24,000 nt of DNA from Pusillimonas sp. (GCF_044464525.1 NZ_JBIQLE010000002.1:121691-145690), one strand, 5' to 3'. Counted from the first letter of the stretch, positions 14,248 through 22,479 are shown. Notes: generated by a model not told the origin, from the letters alone. Program-made: numbers and translations.

Positions 14248-16590
14248 ATGACTAAAAAACTTGATCGGGACTCCGGCCCCTATGCCGGCGTGCATCATGA
14301 AAAATCCAGCCCGTACGAAGGCTCTTCAGGGGGGTGGGGTTCTGTGCGCGCCCTGGCCGACATCTTTGCAAGAACTGGCGCCGCTACTGCGATGGCCACG
14401 ATTCTGCCCAGACAGAACAAGCCGGGCGGAGTCGCATGCGTAAGCTGTGCGTGGGCCAAGCCGGCCGATCCGCACACTTTTGAGTTTTGCGAGAATGGCG
14501 CCAAAGCGACGGCGTGGGAGGCCACTTCTCACAAGATAGACGCCTCGTTTTTCGCCGACCATCCAGTATCAGAGCTGCGCCGCTGGAACGATCACCAGCT
14601 TGAAAACAAGGGCCGCCTTGTGGAACCCATGGCATGGGATGAAGACTCCGGCTGCTACCAGCCCATTCCGTGGGATCAGGCCTTCGCCGAAATCGGGGCT
14701 CAATTGGACAGCATGGAGCCCGACTCGGTGGTTTTCTATACCTCGGGGCGCGCCTCGCTGGAGGCCGCCTACATGTACCAGTTGCTAGCGCGCACCTATG
14801 GAACGAACAACCTGCCGGACAGCTCCAACATGTGTCACGAGTCGACGTCCGTCGGCTTAAAAGACGCCATCGGGCTTGGCGTGGGCACTGTACGTCTAGA
14901 GGACTTTCGCCAGACTGAGGCCATCTTCTTTTTCGGCCAGAATGTCGGAAGCAACAGCCCTCGAATGCTGCACGAGCTTCAGGCGGCAAGCGAGCGGGGC
15001 GTTCCCATCGTCACGTTCAACCCGCTTCGCGAAAGGGGGTTGGAACGCTTTCGCAATCCGCAACGTCCCAGTCAGATGCTGGGCGCCGAAAGCACACCAG
15101 TCAGTTCACACTATCACCAAGTACGACTTGGCGGTGACATTGCCGCTGTGGCGGGAATCTGCAAAGCACTGCTTGAACGCCATGAGGCCCAATCGGGCGA
15201 CGCTTCAGCCGCATCCATTCTGGACATGGACTTCATTGACCGCCATACCTCTGGTTTCGAAGGCTTCGCCCAGTATTTACGCGACGCGCCATGGCCCGAC
15301 ATCGAACGGCACAGTGGCTTGACACGCACCGCGCTTGAGGACGCCGCTCGCATCTACGAAGCAGCCGACGGGGTGTTGCTGGTGTACGGCATGGGGCTTA
15401 CCCAGCACTTGCGCGGCGTGGACAACGTGCGCATGTTGGTGAATCTAGCCCTGATGCGAGGCAATATCGGCAAGCCCGGCGCCGGCCTCTGTCCGGTCCG
15501 AGGCCACTCGAATGTGCAGGGCCAACGCAGTGTAGGCATCACGGAAAAACCCGAACTGGCTCCGCTGGACCGGCTCGAGGAGCTCTATGCCTTCGAAGCT
15601 CCGCGCAAGAAGGGGCGGGACACAATCGGCACGTGCGAGGGCGTAATGGACGGTAGTGTGCGTGGCTTCGTGGCCTTGGGCGGCAACTTCGTGCGAGCCG
15701 CGCCGGATACCGAAGCGCTCGAGGGCGCGTGGTCGTCGCTCGACCTCACGGTTCATATCACCACAACCCTCAATCGCAGTCATTTGTATCCTGGCAAGGC
15801 GTCGTATCTGCTGCCTTGCCTGGGCCGCACGGAAGTAGACGAGCAGCTCAACGTGGCACAGGCGGTATCCGTAGAAGACAGTACGGCTTGCGTGCATGGT
15901 TCGCTCGGACGCAAGCCGCCGGCCGACCTGCGCCAGATGTCCGAGCCCGCCGTCATTGCCGGCATTGCCCTGGCCACCCCCAGGCTTGAAAGGGCCAGCG
16001 TGCCGTGGATTGAATGGTCGCAGGATTATTCCCAGGTTCGAGACGCCATCGAAGCAACTTATCCGCAACGATTTTCGCGCTTCAATGAACGATTATGGGA
16101 GCCCGGCGGCTTTCCTCTGACGAACGCTCCGCGTGAACGCATTTGGCATACCGACACCGGCAAGGCCCAGTTCGCAGCACCTGCCGACTTGACGGCCTTG
16201 CGACGCGAGCGGCTCGACGATGAAGACGTCATGCAGCTCATGACGCTGCGTAGCAACGATCAATTCAATACCACCATCTACGGTTACGAGGACCGGTTCC
16301 GTGGCGTCTCAGGTACCCGGCAGATCGTGTTCATGAACGAGGCCGACATGCAGCGGCTGGGCTTGGCCGAGGGTGACCGCATTACCCTGCACACTGCGTT
16401 GGAAGAGAACGTGGAACGGCGCGTGGCCGGGTTGAAGGTCGTTCCCTACGACATTCCGCAGGGGTGTTGCGCCGCTTATTACCCGGAATGCAATGTATTG
16501 CTTCCGGTCTGGCACCATGCTGAAATAAGTCGGGTGCCTGCCGCAAAGTCCATCCCTGTGCAAGTGTCGCATCACACCGAGAGTCTATAA
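14248..16590 (+). CDS. FdhF/YdeP-family molybdopterin oxidoreductase (formate-dehydrogenase-like, substrate unknown)
   Basis: 780 aa. The N-terminal hallmark is NKPGGVACVSCAWAKPADPHTFEFCENGAKATAWE. MopB-type domains run throughout (GRASLEAAYMYQLLAR, SNMCHESTSVGL, GMGLTQH, CPVRGHSNVQGQR). The C-terminal molydopterin dinucleotide-binding beta-barrel reads LMTLRSNDQFNTTIY...GDRITL. There is no in-frame TGA, so it is not a selenoprotein. Confidence 0.85.
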   Translation: MTKKLDRDSGPYAGVHHEKSSPYEGSSGGWGSVRALADIFARTGAATAMATILPRQNKPGGVACVSCAWAKPADPHTFEFCENGAKATAWEATSHKIDASFFADHPVSELRRWNDHQLENKGRLVEPMAWDEDSGCYQPIPWDQAFAEIGAQLDSMEPDSVVFYTSGRASLEAAYMYQLLARTYGTNNLPDSSNMCHESTSVGLKDAIGLGVGTVRLEDFRQTEAIFFFGQNVGSNSPRMLHELQAASERGVPIVTFNPLRERGLERFRNPQRPSQMLGAESTPVSSHYHQVRLGGDIAAVAGICKALLERHEAQSGDASAASILDMDFIDRHTSGFEGFAQYLRDAPWPDIERHSGLTRTALEDAARIYEAADGVLLVYGMGLTQHLRGVDNVRMLVNLALMRGNIGKPGAGLCPVRGHSNVQGQRSVGITEKPELAPLDRLEELYAFEAPRKKGRDTIGTCEGVMDGSVRGFVALGGNFVRAAPDTEALEGAWSSLDLTVHITTTLNRSHLYPGKASYLLPCLGRTEVDEQLNVAQAVSVEDSTACVHGSLGRKPPADLRQMSEPAVIAGIALATPRLERASVPWIEWSQDYSQVRDAIEATYPQRFSRFNERLWEPGGFPLTNAPRERIWHTDTGKAQFAAPADLTALRRERLDDEDVMQLMTLRSNDQFNTTIYGYEDRFRGVSGTRQIVFMNEADMQRLGLAEGDRITLHTALEENVERRVAGLKVVPYDIPQGCCAAYYPECNVLLPVWHHAEISRVPAAKSIPVQVSHHTESL

Positions 16591-16747
16591 ACATACGAAA
16601 TCCGTCCAGTGCGTTTCGTTGCGTTGCAGCATACAGGTCGACAAAAAAACTTATAGGGCAAATGGCCTAAATTCTGTTACGATCGGCGGCAACTCGAACG
16701 GCGACTTGTAAGTTGTGCCGCGAAGCCGCCACGCACTGGAGACAATC

Positions 16748-18949
16748 TTGAAGAATACAGTTCCAGCCCTCATGGCGGCCGGCTTGGCCGCGTTCGTGCT
16801 TGCCGGTTGTGGAAGCGGAGGAGGATCGGGCGACGACACCGCGCAAGGCCCCAACATTCTGTTCGTCATCATGGACGATGTCGGCATCGACCAGATGAAG
16901 GTCTTCGGCTATGGCGGCGCCGTCGGCCCCGACCTGCCCAATATCGACGCCGTCGCCCATGCGGGCGTGCGCTTTCGCAATACATGGTCCATGCCCGAGT
17001 GCTCTCCGGGCCGCGCCGCCTTCTTCACTGGCCGCTACCCACATCGCACCGGCATCCATCAGGCCATCGGCCCTCTGGATCTGGCCAATTCACAATTGTC
17101 TCCCTACGACGCCACCACGCCCAAGCTGCTTAAGCAGGCCGGCTACGAAAGCGCCATGTTCGGCAAGTTCCACCTGGCCGGCCCCGAGAATAACGAGGCC
17201 GAGAACGCCACGCCCGCCGTATTGGGATGGGATCATTTCTATGGCTGGGTGGGCGGTTTACCTGGTTCAATCGACAGCACGGCTGGTGGCGTCGACGCAA
17301 GCGGGCCATATATGTGCGGCTTCGTGCCGGGGGTCAACCTTCCTCCTGGGGAAAACATAGGAGCGCAAAAAGGCGCTTGCTACCAGCCTGATGGCGCTTG
17401 CCAGGTAATGGAGCGCACGTCGCCGGATCAAGACCCGGCCGGATTGCAATGCCTTGCGTCAGGAGGCGTCTTGGTCCCTGGTGAACAAACCTGCGGCACA
17501 ATGCCGACGAATCTCACCTTCGACAAGCTCAATGGCTACTATGTGTCGCCGCTGGTCATCATCAACAACGGCGACGTCGAAGAAGTGCCGCTTACCGATG
17601 AACGCGCACGCGGCTATCGCACCACCATCGAAACCGATGCCGCCGTCGAATGGATCAATTCGCGGCCGGCGAACAAGCCCTGGATGGCCACGGTCAGCTA
17701 CAGCGCCGTACACACGCCATGGCAGCAGCCGCCCCGAAACCTTCTTGCGGGCCATGTGGGGCCGCTGGATCATCTTAGCTGCACAGATGGAGTTGGCGTG
17801 CGTGTCATTCAAGACCGCATGACCGAGGCCCTGGATACTGAATTCGGCCGCCTGCTGGTAGAAACCGGCCTTGCGTCGTACAACGCTGACGGCAGCCTCA
17901 ATTACGACCCCAGCGCCTCGAACACCGTCATCGTCATCGTCGGCGACAATGGTTCGCTGGCCACGGCGGTCAAGCTGCCTTTCGATTTCACGCGCTCCAA
18001 GGGTTCGGCCTACCAGACCGGCGTCTGGGATCCGCTGATCATCGCCGGGCCGCAAGTGGTGCAGCCCGACCGCGAAGTCGACCATATGGTCAACATGGTC
18101 GACGTGTTCCAGTTCTTCGGCGAACTGGCCGGCATCGACGTTCATAAAGAGGTGCCGCGCACCGTCGATTCGGTGGGCATCCTGCCTTACCTGAAGGACC
18201 CGGGGCAGGGCAGCCTGCGCACCATCAACTTCACCATGGGCGGCATGAACATACAGGCTGACGGCGGAAGAAACGGTCCTTGCATCCTGGCCGAGTCCGC
18301 ATGCACGGTTATCCCCACATCCAAGAGCGTCTGCGAAGACAACCTGGGTGTGTGGTGGGGCAAAGACTACAACGAGGGCGAGGGGGTGATACCCACCAAT
18401 CCCCCCGGAGCCGGCTATGAAACCTGCGCTGATGTAAACAAGGCCATGTTCGAGACGCACGGGACGATGTACGGGCTGGTGCCCGAGTCCTCCGTGGCCA
18501 TCCGCGACGACACTTACAAGCTGGTACGCAACAGCAGCAGGGACTACGACCCCGCTACCAAAGACTTCGTGACGGAAACGGTTGAAGAACTATTCGTAAT
18601 CGACCAGGCCAAGCCTGTCCCCAAACTCGACCGTGAAGGCGAGAGCCTCCTGGTGGGGCCTGGAAAAGCGAAGGATGCAGAGTCGCAAGAAGCCTACAAC
18701 TACCTGCGCGTCATGCTGGACGACATGCTGGCCTCCAACCCCGAGTGCCCGGGCGACGGCAATATGGATGGCGTCGTCGACGCTGAAGACCTGACGCAAT
18801 GGCGGCGCATCGCTCACGCCTGGGGCGAATCCAGCGTCTACGATTTCGTCACCGGCGAACATCGCGACGGCAAGACCAACCACCTTGACGAAGCGGTCAT
18901 CCTGGCCAAACTGAACACGACCTGCGAACGCACCTACAGCATCTATTGA
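16748..18949 (+). CDS. Sulfatase-like (alkaline-phosphatase superfamily, Cys/FGly type) lipoprotein with Cys-rich inserts and a C-terminal dockerin-like module, paralog 1
   Basis: Catalytic motifs are intact: VIMDDVG, PECSPGRAAFFTGRYP (C-x-P-x-R, Cys codon 17000-17002), GKFHLAG, AVHTPW, VGDNG, SKGSAYQTG. The lipobox is VLAGC followed by GSGGGSG. The start was set to TTG 16748 (GGAGA 6 nt upstream) by homology with paralog 2. The ORF-track GTG at 16715 is less likely. Confidence 0.85.
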   Translation: MKNTVPALMAAGLAAFVLAGCGSGGGSGDDTAQGPNILFVIMDDVGIDQMKVFGYGGAVGPDLPNIDAVAHAGVRFRNTWSMPECSPGRAAFFTGRYPHRTGIHQAIGPLDLANSQLSPYDATTPKLLKQAGYESAMFGKFHLAGPENNEAENATPAVLGWDHFYGWVGGLPGSIDSTAGGVDASGPYMCGFVPGVNLPPGENIGAQKGACYQPDGACQVMERTSPDQDPAGLQCLASGGVLVPGEQTCGTMPTNLTFDKLNGYYVSPLVIINNGDVEEVPLTDERARGYRTTIETDAAVEWINSRPANKPWMATVSYSAVHTPWQQPPRNLLAGHVGPLDHLSCTDGVGVRVIQDRMTEALDTEFGRLLVETGLASYNADGSLNYDPSASNTVIVIVGDNGSLATAVKLPFDFTRSKGSAYQTGVWDPLIIAGPQVVQPDREVDHMVNMVDVFQFFGELAGIDVHKEVPRTVDSVGILPYLKDPGQGSLRTINFTMGGMNIQADGGRNGPCILAESACTVIPTSKSVCEDNLGVWWGKDYNEGEGVIPTNPPGAGYETCADVNKAMFETHGTMYGLVPESSVAIRDDTYKLVRNSSRDYDPATKDFVTETVEELFVIDQAKPVPKLDREGESLLVGPGKAKDAESQEAYNYLRVMLDDMLASNPECPGDGNMDGVVDAEDLTQWRRIAHAWGESSVYDFVTGEHRDGKTNHLDEAVILAKLNTTCERTYSIY

Positions 18950-18961
18950 TGCCCACCCTCA

Positions 18962-18999
18962 AGGCCCGCCCGCCCCGGCGGGCCTGCCGCTCCTTTTGC
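18962..18999 (+). terminator. Putative intrinsic terminator/attenuating hairpin between the tandem paralogs
   Basis: aggcccgcc-cgcccc-ggcgggcct forms a 9-bp GC stem (18962-18985). A delayed, interrupted T tract follows (ccTTTTgcTTc). The T tract is imperfect, so read-through is plausible. Confidence 0.45.
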
Positions 19000-19069
19000 T
19001 TCGGCGCGGTTCCGCATTAATTGTTAGTGGCTTCTTGATTCAACGGGGCGAACACCTAAGGACGCAACA

Positions 19070-21238
19070 TTGAACAAGACCGCGACCACCTTGCTTGCCG
19101 CCACCTGCTGCGCACTGGCGCTTGCCGCATGCAGCAGCGGGGGAAGCTCCGACGATACGGCGTCAGGAACCCCCAACATCCTCTTCGTCATCATGGACGA
19201 CGTCGGCATAGACCAGATGAAGGCCTTTGGTTATGGCGGCGACGATCCTCCGCACATGCCCAACATCGACATGGTGGCGGAAGCGGGGCTGCGCTTTCGC
19301 AATACCTGGTCCATGCCCGAGTGCTCACCGGCACGCGCGGGCTTTTTCGTGGGACGCTATCCATTTCGAACCCACATCTACCAGGCCATTGGCGAGAACG
19401 ACCTGGCCAATGCCCAGCTTTCTCCTTACGAAACCGCCATCCCGCAATTGCTTAAGCAGCGCGGCTATGAAAACGGCCTGTTCGGCAAGTTTCACCTGGC
19501 GGGGCCCGACAACATCGAGCAGACAAACACCATGCCGGCCGTGCTGGGCTGGGACCGCTTCTACGGCTGGATCGAGGGCTTGCCAGAATCCATCGACACC
19601 TCGGCCGGAGGTGTGGCTTCGGAAGGCGTGCATATGTGCGGTTTCGTTCCCGGCAGCCGTGCTGCGGGCGGGGCCGATGCGGGCGCCTGCTACCAGCCTG
19701 ATCTTAGCTGCGCGTACATCGAGCGAGAGTCGCTAGACCACGACGCGGCCGGCCTGCAGTGCCTCGATTCCGGCGGAATTTTCGTGCCGAACGCTCAATG
19801 CAGCGACACAGCGCCCACAGGCCTGAACTTCAAGCAGACCAATGCGCATTACGTATCGCCCTTGGTGATTATCGAGGCAGGCCAGGTCGAGGACGTACCG
19901 CTCGACGACAGCCGCTCGCGCGGTTTCCGCGCCCGCATCGAAACCAACGCCGCCATCGAATGGATCAATTCCCGCCCGGCGCAAAAGCCGTGGATGGCCA
20001 CGCTTAGCTTCAGTTCGGCCCACACGCCCTGGCAACAGCCGCCCCAAAGCATGCTTCCAGGCGGGAAACCGGCCCTGGACACGCTGGACTGCAGCGAAAC
20101 AGCACACGGCCGCCGGATACAGAATCGCATGACCGAAGCCCTGGACAGCGAGTTTGGCCGGCTGCTGGTCGAAACCGGCATGGCCACCCGCAACCGCGAC
20201 GGCAGCCTGAACTACGATCCCAAGGCAAGCAACACCGTCATCGTCATCGTGGGCGATAACGGCACGCTGGCTTCGGCGGTCAAAAAACCTTTCGTCAGCG
20301 GCCAGGCCAAGGGCACCGCCTACCAGACAGGCGTATGGGACCCGCTGATCGTCGCCGGGCCGCAAGTGGTCGAACCTGGACGAGAAATCGACCACATGGT
20401 CAACGTCGTCGATCTGTTCCAGTTTTTCGGCGAACTGGCCGGCATCGACGTGCACCAGGAAGTGCCTCGCACGCTGGATTCCGTGGGCATCCTGCCTTAC
20501 CTGGGCGACCCCCGGCAGCCCAGCTTGCGCAGCATCAACTTTGCCATGGCCAACCTCAATGAACAGGCTAATGGCGTCAAGAACAGCCCTTGCGTCGTCG
20601 AAGGAACCACGTGCACGCAGATTCCGATGAACAAAGAGATCTGTCAGGATACACAAGGCGTATGGTGGGGCCCCGGGTACGATGACCACAGCGTGATCGA
20701 TAACGGCGGCGCGGGATACGGAAGCTGCGCCGAAGTCAACCAGGCGCTGCATGTAAAGGGCGAGCCGCTGTTGAATATTCTTGCCGAAACTTCGGTGGCG
20801 ATACGAAACGTCAACCACAAGCTGGTACGCAATACGAGCCAGCTATATGACTCGGATAACGACAGTATTCGAACCGAAACAGTCGATGAGTTATTCGAAA
20901 TCGACCAGGCCGCGCCTGTGCCGTTGCTGGACACAAAAGATCGGAATCTGTTGCCGCCCTCAAGCCCCGAAATAGAGGCCATCTACAAAGACCTGAAACA
21001 AAAGCTTGAACGTATGTTGGCCTCTGACCCGCATTGTCCCGGCGACGGCAACATCGACGGCGTCGTCGACGGCAACGACCTGGAAAACTGGGCGCGCATC
21101 GCCAACGAATGGGGCAAATCCAGCGTCTATGACGCCATCATCGACGACGTGCGCGACGGCGTGACCAATGCTGCCGACGGCACTGTCATCCAGAACAACC
21201 TTGGCAAAACCTGCGAAAAAACCTATGCGCTTTACTAA
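19070..21238 (+). CDS. Sulfatase-like (Cys/FGly type) lipoprotein with Cys-rich inserts and a C-terminal dockerin-like module, paralog 2
   Basis: TTG start with AAGGA 7 nt upstream. The lipobox is ALAAC followed by SSGGSS. Catalytic motifs are present: VIMDDVG, PECSPARAGFFVGRYP (Cys codon 19322-19324), GKFHLAG, SAHTPW, VGDNG, AKGTAYQTG. It is collinear with paralog 1 over its full length. Confidence 0.85.
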   Translation: MNKTATTLLAATCCALALAACSSGGSSDDTASGTPNILFVIMDDVGIDQMKAFGYGGDDPPHMPNIDMVAEAGLRFRNTWSMPECSPARAGFFVGRYPFRTHIYQAIGENDLANAQLSPYETAIPQLLKQRGYENGLFGKFHLAGPDNIEQTNTMPAVLGWDRFYGWIEGLPESIDTSAGGVASEGVHMCGFVPGSRAAGGADAGACYQPDLSCAYIERESLDHDAAGLQCLDSGGIFVPNAQCSDTAPTGLNFKQTNAHYVSPLVIIEAGQVEDVPLDDSRSRGFRARIETNAAIEWINSRPAQKPWMATLSFSSAHTPWQQPPQSMLPGGKPALDTLDCSETAHGRRIQNRMTEALDSEFGRLLVETGMATRNRDGSLNYDPKASNTVIVIVGDNGTLASAVKKPFVSGQAKGTAYQTGVWDPLIVAGPQVVEPGREIDHMVNVVDLFQFFGELAGIDVHQEVPRTLDSVGILPYLGDPRQPSLRSINFAMANLNEQANGVKNSPCVVEGTTCTQIPMNKEICQDTQGVWWGPGYDDHSVIDNGGAGYGSCAEVNQALHVKGEPLLNILAETSVAIRNVNHKLVRNTSQLYDSDNDSIRTETVDELFEIDQAAPVPLLDTKDRNLLPPSSPEIEAIYKDLKQKLERMLASDPHCPGDGNIDGVVDGNDLENWARIANEWGKSSVYDAIIDDVRDGVTNAADGTVIQNNLGKTCEKTYALY

Positions 21239-21239
21239 G

Positions 21240-22388
21240 ATGTCACGAAGAAGATGGTTGGTGCTGGGCGGCGCAACGGTCGGCGCCGCCGCAGTGGCGG
21301 CGGCGCTGGCCTGGAATTCCCCTGCGCCAAAGGCGCCGGCCGAACCCATCGTCGTCCTGGGCGACGGCGTCTCTGCTCCTGAAGGCATGGCCTGGGTACC
21401 GCCCGGCACGTTTCAAATGGGAAGCGAAAGCAAGTTGGCCCAGCTCAACGAAAAACCCGCTCATTCAGTCAGGGTAGGGGGGTTCTGGATGGACGTCGCC
21501 CACGTCACCAACGACGAGTTTGCTGAATTCGTGCGCCAGACCGGCTATGTAACAACCGCTGAGCAAAAGCCTGATTGGGAAACCATACGCGTTCAATTGC
21601 CGCCTGGCATTCCCAAACCGCCCGACGACGTCCTGGTGCCGGGCGCCATGGTATTCGCGGGCACCAATGGGCCCGTCGATCTGCGGGATTATTCGCAATG
21701 GTGGCGCTACGTGCCCGGCGCCGACTGGCGTCATCCCCAAGGGCCGGGCAGCTCCATCGAAGACAAGGGCGATCACCCCGTCGTGCAGGTCAGCTACGAC
21801 GACGCGCTGGCTTATGCCAAATGGGCCGGCAAACGCCTGCCCACCGAGGCCGAGTGGGAATATGCCGCGCGCGGCGGGCTCGAGCAGGCCACCTTTATAT
21901 GGGGTGACGAACTTATGCCCGACGGCCGGCAAATGGCAAACTATTGGGATACCGAACAGCAAGGCACGTTTCCGGTCGTCAGCCCCAAGGCGGGCGGCGC
22001 CGAGGGCACCGTACCGGCCCGCACCTTTCTACCGAATGGCTACGGCTTGTACGACATGACCGGCAACGCCTGGCAATGGGTGGCCGACTGGTACGGCGCC
22101 GATTATTTCGCCAAGCAGGCCACCGCCAAAAAGACCATCGACAACCCCAAGGGCCCCGAAAAATCATTCGACCCCTCAGACCCCGGCGCGCCCGCCAACG
22201 CGCCCAAGCGGGTGATACGCGGAGGGTCTTTCCTGTGCAACGAAAGCTATTGCCTGTCGTACCGGCCAAGCGCGCGGCGCGGCTCTGATCCCTACAGCCC
22301 CATGTCGCATGTTGGATTCCGCTTGGTAAAGGACGCACCGGCGCCCACGGCGGCGCAGGTGGCGACGCATACAGCCAAGACACCTTGA
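21240..22388 (+). CDS. Formylglycine-generating enzyme (FGE/SUMF1 family sulfatase-modifying factor) with an N-terminal RRR plus hydrophobic segment
   Basis: FGE-sulfatase domain motifs are present: MAWVPPGTFQMGS, HPVVQVSYDDALAYAKWAGKRLPTEAEWEYAARGG, YGLYDMTGNAWQWVADWY. The catalytic Cys pair is in RGGSFLCNESYCLSYRPSARRG. ATG 21240 lies 1 nt after the TAA of paralog 2. ATG 21225 is an alternative. The ORF-track start at 21168 overlaps paralog 2 by 71 nt. Confidence 0.9.
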   Translation: MSRRRWLVLGGATVGAAAVAAALAWNSPAPKAPAEPIVVLGDGVSAPEGMAWVPPGTFQMGSESKLAQLNEKPAHSVRVGGFWMDVAHVTNDEFAEFVRQTGYVTTAEQKPDWETIRVQLPPGIPKPPDDVLVPGAMVFAGTNGPVDLRDYSQWWRYVPGADWRHPQGPGSSIEDKGDHPVVQVSYDDALAYAKWAGKRLPTEAEWEYAARGGLEQATFIWGDELMPDGRQMANYWDTEQQGTFPVVSPKAGGAEGTVPARTFLPNGYGLYDMTGNAWQWVADWYGADYFAKQATAKKTIDNPKGPEKSFDPSDPGAPANAPKRVIRGGSFLCNESYCLSYRPSARRGSDPYSPMSHVGFRLVKDAPAPTAAQVATHTAKTP

Positions 22389-22401
22389 AACCGCTTCAAT
22401 G

Positions 22402-22435
22402 AAAAACGCCGATCGCTGGATCGGCGTTTTTTGTT
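22402..22435. terminator. Bidirectional rho-independent terminator between convergent genes
   Basis: AACGCCGATC-gctg-GATCGGCGTT forms a 10-bp stem (22405-22428). It is flanked by an A5 run on the left and TTTTTTG on the right, so each strand reads stem plus T-run. Confidence 0.8.
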
Positions 22436-22479
22436 TCAGCTGAAGATGCCTTAAGGAATGAGCCCGAGAGCGGGCGAGC

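Larger units (their letters stand above)
16748..21238 (+). repeat. Diverged tandem gene duplication (two sulfatase-like copies, register offset about 2.31-2.32 kb)
   Basis: Identical nucleotide runs occur at constant offsets. Offset 2322: 16862-16878 = 19184-19200. Offset 2310: 18042-18060 = 20352-20370, 18116-18141 = 20426-20451, and 18173-18193 = 20483-20503. Confidence 0.8.

Noticed and set aside
16670-16679. Weakly similar upstream motif AATT(C)TGTTA before both tandem paralogs (16670-16679 and 19019-19027)
   Set aside because: The distances to the start codons differ (78 versus 51 nt) and the match is short. It is probably a remnant of the duplication or chance.
16651-16887. Small conserved-looking antisense ORFs beginning MPTSSMMT (16651-16887 and 19024-19209)
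   Set aside because: Their similarity arises from the reverse complement of the conserved ILFVIMDDVG-coding segment of the two paralogs. This is not independent evidence of coding.
17459-18460. 333-aa minus-strand ORF inside sulfatase paralog 1, with a similar 361-aa one (19733-20818) inside paralog 2
   Set aside because: Their mutual similarity is only a by-product of the duplication of the sense genes. The composition is Arg/Gly/Asp/His-rich, there are no start signals, and both are fully nested antisense to strongly supported CDSs.
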